Shown piece by piece: positions 37,555 to 51,216 of a DNA stretch of 64,000 nt. This DNA is from the human T2T-CHM13v2.0 reference genome, Homo sapiens, in assembly GCF_009914755.1 (NCBI RefSeq), contig NC_060939.1. One strand, given 5' to 3'. The notes under the pieces were generated by a model that did no database searches, was not told the DNA's origin, and saw nothing but the letters and a program-made list of their open reading frames with translations. How positions within the stretch are numbered: position 1 is the stretch's first letter; every line of letters starts with the position of its first letter. Made by a program: the position numbers and the translations under genes.

Positions 37555-40500
37555 CTTTCCACAGTACGCCTCAAAGTTCTCCAATTATCCACTCGTAGAT
37601 CCTGCAAAAAGAGAGATTCAAAACTGCTCAATCAAAAGATAGTTTCTACTCCATTAGCTGAAAGACCACATCACAAAAAAAGTTTCTCAGGATGCTTCTG
37701 TGTAGTTTTTATGTGAAGATATTTGGTTTTCCACAGTAGGCCTCAAAGCGCTCCAAATATCCACTCACAGATTCTGCAAAAAGAGAGATTCAAAACTGCT
37801 GAATCAAAAGACAGTTTCAACTCTGTGACTTCAGTGCACACCTCACAAGGATGTTTCTCAGAATGCTTCTGTGTAGTTTTTATATAAAGATATCTCCTTC
37901 TCCAAAATGGATCTCAAAGTTCTCCAAATATTCACTTCCAGATTCTATGGAAAGATTGTCTCAAAACTGCTCAATCAAACCAAAGGTTCAACTCTGTGAG
38001 ATGAATGCCCACATCACAAAGAAGTTTCTCAGAGTACTTCTGTGTAGTTTCTATTTGAGGATAGTTCCTTTTCCACCACAGACCAGAAAGGGCTCCAAAT
38101 ATCCATTGCAGATGGTACAAAAAGTGAGATTCAAAACTGCTCAATCCAAAGGTAGTTTCAACCATGTGATATGAATGCACACAGCACAGAGAATTTTCTC
38201 AAAATGCGTCTGTCTAGTTTTTATTTGAAGATATTTCCTTTTCTACCATAGGCCACAAACGTCTCCAAATATCCACATGCAGCTTCTACAAAAAGAGAGA
38301 TTCAAAACTTCTCAATCAAAAGATAGGTTCAACTCTGTGAGTTGAAAGCACACCTCACAGAGAAGTTTCTCAGAGTGCTTCTGTGTGTTTTTATGTGAAG
38401 ATATTTCCTTTTCCACAATAGGCCTCAAAGCTCTCCAAATATCTGCGAGCAGAGTCTACAAAATGAGAGATTCAAAACTGCTCAATGAAAAGATAGGTTC
38501 AACTCTGTGAGTTGAATGCACACCTCCAAAGAAGTTTCTCAGAATGCTTCCGTGTAGTTTTTATGTGAAGATATTTACTTTTCCACAGTTGTCCCAAAGC
38601 TCTAAAATGTCCACTTGCAGACCCTCCAAAAGAGTGTCTCAGAATTGCTCAATCAAAGGGAAGGTTCAATTCTGTGTGACCAATGCACTCATCACAAAGA
38701 AGTTTGTCTGAATGCTTCTGTGTAGAATTGATTTGAAGATAATTCCTTTTCCACCACAGTCCGCAAAGGGCTAAAAATATCCACTTGCCGATTCCACAAA
38801 AAGAGAGATTCAAAACTGCTCAATCACAAGATAGGTTCAACTTGGTAATTGGAAAGCACACATGACAAACAATTTCTGAGAATGTTTCTGTGTAGTTTTT
38901 AAGGGAAGATATTTGATTTTCAAATGTAGGCCTCAAATCGCTCCAAATATCCACTTGCATATTGTACAAAAAGAGAGATTCAAAACTGGTCACTCAAAAG
39001 TTAGGTCCAGCTCTGTGAGCTGAATGCACACATCACAAAGATGTTTCTCAGAAGGTTTCTGTATAGTTTTTATATGAAGATATTGGCTTTTCCACAATAT
39101 GCCTCAAATCTCCCCAATTATCCACTTGCAGATTCTAGAAAAAGAGTGTTTCAAAACAGCTCAATCAAAATAAACTTTCAACTCTGTGAGATCAATGCAC
39201 ACATCACAAAGAAGTTTCTCAGAATGCTTCTGTGTAGTTTTTTTTGTGAAGATATTTGATTTTCCACAGCAGGCTTCCAAGCACTCCAAATATCCACTCG
39301 CAGATTCTGCAAAAAGAGAGATTCAAATCTGCTGAATCAAAAGATAGGTTTAACTCTGTGACTTCAATGCACACCTCACAAGGGTGTTTCTCAGAAAGCT
39401 TCTGTGTAGTTTTTATATGAAGATATCTCCTTCTCCAAAGCAGGTCTCAAAGCCCTCCAAATATTCACTTCAAGATTCTACGGAAAGATTGTCTCAACAC
39501 TGCTAAATCTAAACAAATGTTCAACTCTGTGTGATGAATGCACTCATCACAGAGAAGTTTCTCTGAATGCCTCTGTGTAGTTTTTATTTGAAGATATTTG
39601 CTTTTCCAGTATAGGGCGAAATAGGGCTCCAAATATTCACTTGCAGATTCTACAAAAGGAGAGATTCCAAACTGCTCAATCAAAACATAGGTTCAACACT
39701 GTGAGTTGAATGCACACATCACAAAGAAGTTTCACAGAGTGCTTCTGGGTAGTTTTTATTTGAGGATATTTCCCTTTCCACAATAGGCCTCAAAGCTTTC
39801 CAAATATCCACTTGCAGATTCTGCAAAAAGAGAGATACAAAACTGCTCTATCAAAAGATAGATTCGACTCTGTGAGTTGAATGCCAACATCGCAAAGAAG
39901 TTTCTCAGAATGCTTCTCTGCAGCTTTTTTGTGAGTATGTTTCGTTTTCCACCATAGGGCGAAATGGGGCTCCAAATATCCACTTGCATTTCCTACAAAA
40001 AGAGAGATTCTAAGCTGCTCAATCAAAACATTGTTTCAACACGGTTAGTTGAATGCACACATCCCAAAGATGTTTTTCAGAGTGCTTCTGTGTGGTTTTT
40101 ATGTGAAGATACTTCCTTTTCCACAATAGGCCTCAAATCTCTGTAAATATCCACTTGCAGACTCTACAAAGAGTGTTTCCAAACTCCTCAATCATAAGAT
40201 AGGTTCAACTCCGATAGTTGAATGCACACATCACAAAGAAGTTTCTCAGAAAGCTTCTGTGTAGTTTTTGATGAAGATATCTTCTTCTCTAAAACAGAAC
40301 TCCAAGCCCTCCAAATATTCACTTCAAGATTCTACGGAAAGATTGTCTCAAACTGCTAAATCAAAACAAAGGTTCAACTCTGTGTGATGAATGCATTCAT
40401 CACAAAGAAGTTTCTCTGAGTGCTTCTGTGCAGTTTTTATTTGAAGATAATTGCTTTTCCAGTATAGGGCGAAATAGGGCTCCAAATATTCACTTGCAGA

Positions 40501-40968
40501 TTCTACAGAAAGAGAGATTCCAAACTGCTCAATCAAAACATAGGTTCAACACTGTGAGTTGAATGCATACATCGCAAAGAAGTTTCACAGAGTACTTCTG
40601 GGTGGTTTTTATTTGAAGATATTTCCCTTTCCACAATAGGCCTCAAAGCTTTCCAAATGTCCACTTGCAGATTCCACCAAAAGAGTGTTTCGAAACTGCT
40701 CAATCAAAAGAAAGGTTCTACTCTGTGGGATGAATGCACACATCACAAAGTAGTTTCTCAGAATGCTTCTGTGTAGTTTTTATGTGAAGATATTTGTTTT
40801 TCCACAGTAGGCCCCAAAGAGCTCCAAATATTCACTTGCAGATTCTACAAAAAGAGTGTTCCAAAACTGCTCAATCATGAAATAGGATCAACCCTGTGAG
40901 ATGAATGTACGTATGACAGAGAAGTTTCTCAGAATGCTTCTGTGTAGTTTTTATGCGAAGATATTCGA
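37555..40968. repeat. HOR copy 12
   Basis: Offsets 1084C (38638), 1531G, 3319A; private A at 40248. Confidence 0.96.
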
Positions 40969-43900
40969 CTTTCCACAGTACGCCTCAAAGTTCTCCAATT
41001 ATCCACTCGTAGATCCTGCAAAAAGAGAGATTCAAAACTGCTCAATCAAAAGATAGTTTCTACTCCATTAGCTGAAAGACCACATCACAAAAAAAGTTTC
41101 TCAGGATGCTTCTGTGTAGTTTTTATGTGAAGATATTTGGTTTTCCACAGTAGGCCTCAAAGCGCTCCAAATATCCACTCACAGATTCTGCAAAAAGAGA
41201 GATTCAAAACTGCTGAATCAAAAGACAGTTTCAACTCTGTGACTTCAGTGCACACCTCACAAGGATGTTTCTCAGAATGCTTCTGTGTAGTTTTTATATA
41301 AAGATATCTCCTTCTCCAAAATGGATCTCAAAGTTCTCCAAATATTCACTTCCAGATTCTATGGAAAGATTGTCTCAAAACTGCTCAATCAAACCAAAGG
41401 TTCAACTCTGTGAGATGAATGCCCACATCACAAAGAAGTTTCTCAGAGTACTTCTGTGTAGTTTCTATTTGAGGATAGTTCCTTTTCCACCACAGACCAG
41501 AAAGGGCTCCAAATATCCATTGCAGATGGTACAAAAAGTGAGATTCAAAACTGCTCAATCCAAAGGTAGTTTCAACCATGTGATATGAATGCACACAGCA
41601 CAGAGAATTTTCTCAAAATGCGTCTGTCTAGTTTTTATTTGAAGATATTTCCTTTTCTACCATAGGCCACAAACGTCTCCAAATATCCACATGCAGCTTC
41701 TACAAAAAGAGAGATTCAAAACTTCTCAATCAAAAGATAGGTTCAACTCTGTGAGTTGAAAGCACACCTCACAGAGAAGTTTCTCAGAGTGCTTCTGTGT
41801 GTTTTTATGTGAAGATATTTCCTTTTCCACAATAGGCCTCAAAGCTCTCCAAATATCTGCGAGCAGAGTCTACAAAATGAGAGATTCAAAACTGCTCAAT
41901 GAAAAGATAGGTTCAACTCTGTGAGTTGAATGCACACCTCCAAAGAAGTTTCTCAGAATGCTTCCGTGTAGTTTTTATGTGAAGATATTTACTTTTCCAC
42001 AGTTGTCCCAAAGCTCTAAAATGTCCACTTGCAGACCCTCCAAAAGAGTGTCTCAGAATTGCTCAATCAAAGGGAAGGTTCAATTCTGTGTGACCAATGC
42101 ACTCATCACAAAGAAGTTTGTCTGAATGCTTCTGTGTAGAATTGATTTGAAGATAATTCCTTTTCCACCACAGTCCGCAAAGGGCTAAAAATATCCACTT
42201 GCCGATTCCACAAAAAGAGAGATTCAAAACTGCTCAATCACAAGATAGGTTCAACTTGGTAATTGGAAAGCACACATGACAAACAATTTCTGAGAATGTT
42301 TCTGTGTAGTTTTTAAGGGAAGATATTTGATTTTCAAATGTAGGCCTCAAATCGCTCCAAATATCCACTTGCATATTGTACAAAAAGAGAGATTCAAAAC
42401 TGGTCACTCAAAAGTTAGGTCCAGCTCTGTGAGCTGAATGCACACATCACAAAGATGTTTCTCAGAAGGTTTCTGTATAGTTTTTATATGAAGATATTGG
42501 CTTTTCCACAATATGCCTCAAATCTCCCCAATTATCCACTTGCAGATTCTAGAAAAAGAGTGTTTCAAAACAGCTCAATCAAAATAAACTTTCAACTCTG
42601 TGAGATCAATGCACACATCACAAAGAAGTTTCTCAGAATGCTTCTGTGTAGTTTTTTTTGTGAAGATATTTGATTTTCCACAGCAGGCTTCCAAGCACTC
42701 CAAATATCCACTCGCAGATTCTGCAAAAAGAGAGATTCAAATCTGCTGAATCAAAAGATAGGTTTAACTCTGTGACTTCAATGCACACCTCACAAGGGTG
42801 TTTCTCAGAAAGCTTCTGTGTAGTTTTTATATGAAGATATCTCCTTCTCCAAAGCAGGTCTCAAAGCCCTCCAAATATTCACTTCAAGATTCTACGGAAA
42901 GATTGTCTCAACACTGCTAAATCTAAACAAATGTTCAACTCTGTGTGATGAATGCACTCATCACAGAGAAGTTTCTCTGAATGCCTCTGTGTAGTTTTTA
43001 TTTGAAGATATTTGCTTTTCCAGTATAGGGCGAAATAGGGCTCCAAATATTCACTTGCAGATTCTACAAAAGGAGAGATTCCAAACTGCTCAATCAAAAC
43101 ATAGGTTCAACACTGTGAGTTGAATGCACACATCACAAAGAAGTTTCACAGAGTGCTTCTGGGTAGTTTTTATTTGAGGATATTTCCCTTTCCACAATAG
43201 GCCTCAAAGCTTTCCAAATATCCACTTGCAGATTCTGCAAAAAGAGAGATACAAAACTGCTCTATCAAAAGATAGATTCGACTCTGTGAGTTGAATGCCA
43301 ACATCGCAAAGAAGTTTCTCAGAATGCTTCTCTGCAGCTTTTTTGTGAGTATGTTTCGTTTTCCACCATAGGGCGAAATGGGGCTCCAAATATCCACTTG
43401 CATTTCCTACAAAAAGAGAGATTCTAAGCTGCTCAATCAAAACATTGTTTCAACACGGTTAGTTGAATGCACACATCCCAAAGATGTTTTTCAGAGTGCT
43501 TCTGTGTGGTTTTTATGTGAAGATACTTCCTTTTCCACAATAGGCCTCAAATCTCTGTAAATATCCACTTGCAGACTCTACAAAGAGTGTTTCCAAACTC
43601 CTCAATCATAAGATAGGTTCAACTCCGATAGTTGAATGCACACATCACAAAGAAGTTTCTCGGAAAGCTTCTGTGTAGTTTTTGATGAAGATATCTTCTT
43701 CTCTAAAACAGAACTCCAAGCCCTCCAAATATTCACTTCAAGATTCTACGGAAAGATTGTCTCAAACTGCTAAATCAAAACAAAGGTTCAACTCTGTGTG
43801 ATGAATGCATTCATCACAAAGAAGTTTCTCTGAGTGCTTCTGTGCAGTTTTTATTTGAAGATAATTGCTTTTCCAGTATAGGGCGAAATAGGGCTCCAAA

Positions 43901-44382
43901 TATTCACTTGCAGATTCTACAGAAAGAGAGATTCCAAACTGCTCAATCAAAACATAGGTTCAACACTGTGAGTTGAATGCATACATCGCAAAGAAGTTTC
44001 ACAGAGTACTTCTGGGTGGTTTTTATTTGAAGATATTTCCCTTTCCACAATAGGCCTCAAAGCTTTCCAAATGTCCACTTGCAGATTCCACCAAAAGAGT
44101 GTTTCGAAACTGCTCAATCAAAAGAAAGGTTCTACTCTGTGGGATGAATGCACACATCACAAAGTAGTTTCTCAGAATGCTTCTGTGTAGTTTTTATGTG
44201 AAGATATTTGTTTTTCCACAGTAGGCCCCAAAGAGCTCCAAATATTCACTTGCAGATTCTACAAAAAGAGTGTTCCAAAACTGCTCAATCATGAAATAGG
44301 ATCAACCCTGTGAGATGAATGTACGTATGACAGAGAAGTTTCTCAGAATGCTTCTGTGTAGTTTTTATGCGAAGATATTCGA
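40969..44382. repeat. HOR copy 13
   Basis: Offsets 1084C (42052), 1531G, 3319A. Confidence 0.96.
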
Positions 44383-47300
44383 CTTTCCACAGTACGCCTC
44401 AAAGTTCTCCAATTATCCACTCGTAGATCCTGCAAAAAGAGAGATTCAAAACTGCTCAATCAAAAGATAGTTTCTACTCCATTAGCTGAAAGACCACATC
44501 ACAAAAAAAGTTTCTCAGGATGCTTCTGTGTAGTTTTTATGTGAAGATATTTGGTTTTCCACAGTAGGCCTCAAAGCGCTCCAAATATCCACTCACAGAT
44601 TCTGCAAAAAGAGAGATTCAAAACTGCTGAATCAAAAGACAGTTTCAACTCTGTGACTTCAGTGCACACCTCACAAGGATGTTTCTCAGAATGCTTCTGT
44701 GTAGTTTTTATATAAAGATATCTCCTTCTCCAAAATGGATCTCAAAGTTCTCCAAATATTCACTTCCAGATTCTATGGAAAGATTGTCTCAAAACTGCTC
44801 AATCAAACCAAAGGTTCAACTCTGTGAGATGAATGCCCACATCACAAAGAAGTTTCTCAGAGTACTTCTGTGTAGTTTCTATTTGAGGATAGTTCCTTTT
44901 CCACCACAGACCAGAAAGGGCTCCAAATATCCATTGCAGATGGTACAAAAAGTGAGATTCAAAACTGCTCAATCCAAAGGTAGTTTCAACCATGTGATAT
45001 GAATGCACACAGCACAGAGAATTTTCTCAAAATGCGTCTGTCTAGTTTTTATTTGAAGATATTTCCTTTTCTACCATAGGCCACAAACGTCTCCAAATAT
45101 CCACATGCAGCTTCTACAAAAAGAGAGATTCAAAACTTCTCAATCAAAAGATAGGTTCAACTCTGTGAGTTGAAAGCACACCTCACAGAGAAGTTTCTCA
45201 GAGTGCTTCTGTGTGGTGTTTTTATGTGAAGATATTTCCTTTTCCACAATAGGCCTCAAAGCTCTCCAAATATCTGCGAGCAGAGTCTACAAAATGAGAG
45301 ATTCAAAACTGCTCAATGAAAAGATAGGTTCAACTCTGTGAGTTGAATGCACACCTCCAAAGAAGTTTCTCAGAATGCTTCCGTGTAGTTTTTATGTGAA
45401 GATATTTACTTTTCCACAGTTTTCCCAAAGCTCTAAAATGTCCACTTGCAGACCCTCCAAAAGAGTGTCTCAGAATTGCTCAATCAAAGGGAAGGTTCAA
45501 TTCTGTGTGACCAATGCACTCATCACAAAGAAGTTTGTCTGAATGCTTCTGTGTAGAATTGATTTGAAGATAATTCCTTTTCCACCACAGTCCGCAAAGG
45601 GCTAAAAATATCCACTTGCCGATTCCACAAAAAGAGAGATTCAAAACTGCTCAATCACAAGATAGGTTCAACTTGGTAATTGGAAAGCACACATGACAAA
45701 CAATTTCTGAGAATGTTTCTGTGTAGTTTTTAAGGGAAGATATTTGATTTTCAAATGTAGGCCTCAAATCGCTCCAAATATCCACTTGCATATTGTACAA
45801 AAAGAGAGATTCAAAACTGGTCACTCAAAAGTTAGGTCCAGCTCTGTGAGCTGAATGCACACATCACAAAGATGTTTCTCAGAAGGTTTCTGTATAGTTT
45901 TTATATGAAGATATTGGCTTTTCCACAATATGCCTCAAATCTCCCCAATTATCCACTTGCAGATTCTAGAAAAAGAGTGTTTCAAAACAGCTCAATCAAA
46001 ATAAACTTTCAACTCTGTGAGATCAATGCACACATCACAAAGAAGTTTCTCAGAATGCTTCTGTGTAGTTTTTTTTGTGAAGATATTTGATTTTCCACAG
46101 CAGGCTTCCAAGCACTCCAAATATCCACTCGCAGATTCTGCAAAAAGAGAGATTCAAATCTGCTGAATCAAAAGATAGGTTTAACTCTGTGACTTCAATG
46201 CACACCTCACAAGGGTGTTTCTCAGAAAGCTTCTGTGTAGTTTTTATATGAAGATATCTCCTTCTCCAAAGCAGGTCTCAAAGCCCTCCAAATATTCACT
46301 TCAAGATTCTACGGAAAGATTGTCTCAACACTGCTAAATCTAAACAAATGTTCAACTCTGTGTGATGAATGCACTCATCACAGAGAAGTTTCTCTGAATG
46401 CCTCTGTGTAGTTTTTATTTGAAGATATTTGCTTTTCCAGTATAGGGCGAAATAGGGCTCCAAATATTCACTTGCAGATTCTACAAAAGGAGAGATTCCA
46501 AACTGCTCAATCAAAACATAGGTTCAACACTGTGAGTTGAATGCACACATCACAAAGAAGTTTCACAGAGTGCTTCTGGGTAGTTTTTATTTGAGGATAT
46601 TTCCCTTTCCACAATAGGCCTCAAAGCTTTCCAAATATCCACTTGCAGATTCTGCAAAAAGAGAGATACAAAACTGCTCTATCAAAAGATAGATTCGACT
46701 CTGTGAGTTGAATGCCAACATCGCAAAGAAGTTTCTCAGAATGCTTCTCTGCAGCTTTTTTGTGAGTATGTTTCGTTTTCCACCATAGGGCGAAATGGGG
46801 CTCCAAATATCCACTTGCATTTCCTACAAAAAGAGAGATTCTAAGCTGCTCAATCAAAACATTGTTTCAACACGGTTAGTTGAATGCACACATCCCAAAG
46901 ATGTTTTTCAGAGTGCTTCTGTGTGGTTTTTATGTGAAGATACTTCCTTTTCCACAATAGGCCTCAAATCTCTGTAAATATCCACTTGCAGACTCTACAA
47001 AGAGTGTTTCCAAACTCCTCAATCATAAGATAGGTTCAACTCCGATAGTTGAATGCACACATCACAAAGAAGTTTCTCGGAAAGCTTCTGTGTAGTTTTT
47101 GATGAAGATATCTTCTTCTCTAAAACAGAACTCCAAGCCCTCCAAATATTCACTTCAAGATTCTACGGAAAGATTGTCTCAAACTGCTAAATCAAAACAA
47201 AGGTTCAACTCTGTGTGATGAATGCATTCATCACAAAGAAGTTTCTCTGAGTGCTTCTGTGCAGTTTTTATTTGAAGATAATTGCTTTTCCAGTATAGGG

Positions 47301-47799
47301 CGAAATAGGGCTCCAAATATTCACTTGCAGATTCTACAGAAAGAGAGATTCCAAACTGCTCAATCAAAACATAGGTTCAACACTGTGAGTTGAATGCATA
47401 CATCGCAAAGAAGTTTCACAGAGTACTTCTGGGTGGTTTTTATTTGAAGATATTTCCCTTTCCACAATAGGCCTCAAAGCTTTCCAAATGTCCACTTGCA
47501 GATTCCACCAAAAGAGTGTTTCGAAACTGCTCAATCAAAAGAAAGGTTCTACTCTGTGGGATGAATGCACACATCACAAAGTAGTTTCTCAGAATGCTTC
47601 TGTGTAGTTTTTATGTGAAGATATTTGTTTTTCCACAGTAGGCCCCAAAGAGCTCCAAATATTCACTTGCAGATTCTACAAAAAGAGTGTTCCAAAACTG
47701 CTCAATCATGAAATAGGATCAACCCTGTGAGATGAATGTACGTATGACAGAGAAGTTTCTCAGAATGCTTCTGTGTAGTTTTTATGCGAAGATATTCGA
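44383..47799. repeat. HOR copy 14 (3417-bp variant, +GTG)
   Basis: GTG duplication at ~45216-45218, G>T at 45422, 1084C (45469), 3319A. The ORF track spacing shifts by +3 here. Confidence 0.96.
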
Positions 47800-50700
47800 C
47801 TTTCCACAGTACGCCTCAAAGTTCTCCAATTATCCACTCGTAGATCCTGCAAAAAGAGAGATTCAAAACTGCTCAATCAAAAGATAGTTTCTACTCCATT
47901 AGCTGAAAGACCACATCACAAAAAAAGTTTCTCAGGATGCTTCTGTGTAGTTTTTATGTGAAGATATTTGGTTTTCCACAGTAGGCCTCAAAGCGCTCCA
48001 AATATCCACTCACAGATTCTGCAAAAAGAGAGATTCAAAACTGCTGAATCAAAAGACAGTTTCAACTCTGTGACTTCAGTGCACACCTCACAAGGATGTT
48101 TCTCAGAATGCTTCTGTGTAGTTTTTATATAAAGATATCTCCTTCTCCAAAATGGATCTCAAAGTTCTCCAAATATTCACTTCCAGATTCTATGGAAAGA
48201 TTGTCTCAAAACTGCTCAATCAAACCAAAGGTTCAACTCTGTGAGATGAATGCCCACATCACAAAGAAGTTTCTCAGAGTACTTCTGTGTAGTTTCTATT
48301 TGAGGATAGTTCCTTTTCCACCACAGACCAGAAAGGGCTCCAAATATCCATTGCAGATGGTACAAAAAGTGAGATTCAAAACTGCTCAATCCAAAGGTAG
48401 TTTCAACCATGTGATATGAATGCACACAGCACAGAGAATTTTCTCAAAATGCGTCTGTCTAGTTTTTATTTGAAGATATTTCCTTTTCTACCATAGGCCA
48501 CAAACGTCTCCAAATATCCACATGCAGCTTCTACAAAAAGAGAGATTCAAAACTTCTCAATCAAAAGATAGGTTCAACTCTGTGAGTTGAAAGCACACCT
48601 CACAGAGAAGTTTCTCAGAGTGCTTCTGTGTGGTGTTTTTATGTGAAGATATTTCCTTTTCCACAATAGGCCTCAAAGCTCTCCAAATATCTGCGAGCAG
48701 AGTCTACAAAATGAGAGATTCAAAACTGCTCAATGAAAAGATAGGTTCAACTCTGTGAGTTGAATGCACACCTCCAAAGAAGTTTCTCAGAATGCTTCCG
48801 TGTAGTTTTTATGTGAAGATATTTACTTTTCCACAGTTTTCCCAAAGCTCTAAAATGTCCACTTGCAGACCCTCCAAAAGAGTGTCTCAGAATTGCTCAA
48901 TCAAAGGGAAGGTTCAATTCTGTGTGACCAATGCACTCATCACAAAGAAGTTTGTCTGAATGCTTCTGTGTAGAATTGATTTGAAGATAATTCCTTTTCC
49001 ACCACAGTCCGCAAAGGGCTAAAAATATCCACTTGCCGATTCCACAAAAAGAGAGATTCAAAACTGCTCAATCACAAGATAGGTTCAACTTGGTAATTGG
49101 AAAGCACACATGACAAACAATTTCTGAGAATGTTTCTGTGTAGTTTTTAAGGGAAGATATTTGATTTTCAAATGTAGGCCTCAAATCGCTCCAAATATCC
49201 ACTTGCATATTGTACAAAAAGAGAGATTCAAAACTGGTCACTCAAAAGTTAGGTCCAGCTCTGTGAGCTGAATGCACACATCACAAAGATGTTTCTCAGA
49301 AGGTTTCTGTATAGTTTTTATATGAAGATATTGGCTTTTCCACAATATGCCTCAAATCTCCCCAATTATCCACTTGCAGATTCTAGAAAAAGAGTGTTTC
49401 AAAACAGCTCAATCAAAATAAACTTTCAACTCTGTGAGATCAATGCACACATCACAAAGAAGTTTCTCAGAATGCTTCTGTGTAGTTTTTTTTGTGAAGA
49501 TATTTGATTTTCCACAGCAGGCTTCCAAGCACTCCAAATATCCACTCGCAGATTCTGCAAAAAGAGAGATTCAAATCTGCTGAATCAAAAGATAGGTTTA
49601 ACTCTGTGACTTCAATGCACACCTCACAAGGGTGTTTCTCAGAAAGCTTCTGTGTAGTTTTTATATGAAGATATCTCCTTCTCCAAAGCAGGTCTCAAAG
49701 CCCTCCAAATATTCACTTCAAGATTCTACGGAAAGATTGTCTCAACACTGCTAAATCTAAACAAATGTTCAACTCTGTGTGATGAATGCACTCATCACAG
49801 AGAAGTTTCTCTGAATGCCTCTGTGTAGTTTTTATTTGAAGATATTTGCTTTTCCAGTATAGGGCGAAATAGGGCTCCAAATATTCACTTGCAGATTCTA
49901 CAAAAGGAGAGATTCCAAACTGCTCAATCAAAACATAGGTTCAACACTGTGAGTTGAATGCACACATCACAAAGAAGTTTCACAGAGTGCTTCTGGGTAG
50001 TTTTTATTTGAGGATATTTCCCTTTCCACAATAGGCCTCAAAGCTTTCCAAATATCCACTTGCAGATTCTGCAAAAAGAGAGATACAAAACTGCTCTATC
50101 AAAAGATAGATTCGACTCTGTGAGTTGAATGCCAACATCGCAAAGAAGTTTCTCAGAATGCTTCTCTGCAGCTTTTTTGTGAGTATGTTTCGTTTTCCAC
50201 CATAGGGCGAAATGGGGCTCCAAATATCCACTTGCATTTCCTACAAAAAGAGAGATTCTAAGCTGCTCAATCAAAACATTGTTTCAACACGGTTAGTTGA
50301 ATGCACACATCCCAAAGATGTTTTTCAGAGTGCTTCTGTGTGGTTTTTATGTGAAGATACTTCCTTTTCCACAATAGGCCTCAAATCTCTGTAAATATCC
50401 ACTTGCAGACTCTACAAAGAGTGTTTCCAAACTCCTCAATCATAAGATAGGTTCAACTCCGATAGTTGAATGCACACATCACAAAGAAGTTTCTCGGAAA
50501 GCTTCTGTGTAGTTTTTGATGAAGATATCTTCTTCTCTAAAACAGAACTCCAAGCCCTCCAAATATTCACTTCAAGATTCTACGGAAAGATTGTCTCAAA
50601 CTGCTAAATCAAAACAAAGGTTCAACTCTGTGTGATGAATGCATTCATCACAAAGAAGTTTCTCTGAGTGCTTCTGTGCAGTTTTTATTTGAAGATAATT

Positions 50701-51216
50701 GCTTTTCCAGTATAGGGCGAAATAGGGCTCCAAATATTCACTTGCAGATTCTACAGAAAGAGAGATTCCAAACTGCTCAATCAAAACATAGGTTCAACAC
50801 TGTGAGTTGAATGCATACATCGCAAAGAAGTTTCACAGAGTACTTCTGGGTGGTTTTTATTTGAAGATATTTCCCTTTCCACAATAGGCCTCAAAGCTTT
50901 CCAAATGTCCACTTGCAGATTCCACCAAAAGAGTGTTTCGAAACTGCTCAATCAAAAGAAAGGTTCTACTCTGTGGGATGAATGCACACATCACAAAGTA
51001 GTTTCTCAGAATGCTTCTGTGTAGTTTTTATGTGAAGATATTTGTTTTTCCACAGTAGGCCCCAAAGAGCTCCAAATATTCACTTGCAGATTCTACAAAA
51101 AGAGTGTTCCAAAACTGCTCCATCATGAAATAGGATCAACCCTGTGAGATGAATGTACGTATGACAGAGAAGTTTCTCAGAATGCTTCTGTGTAGTTTTT
51201 ATGCGAAGATATTCGA
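47800..51216. repeat. HOR copy 15 (3417-bp variant, +GTG)
   Basis: GTG duplication at ~48633-48635, G>T at 48839, 1084C (48886), but 3319C (51121). Confidence 0.96.
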
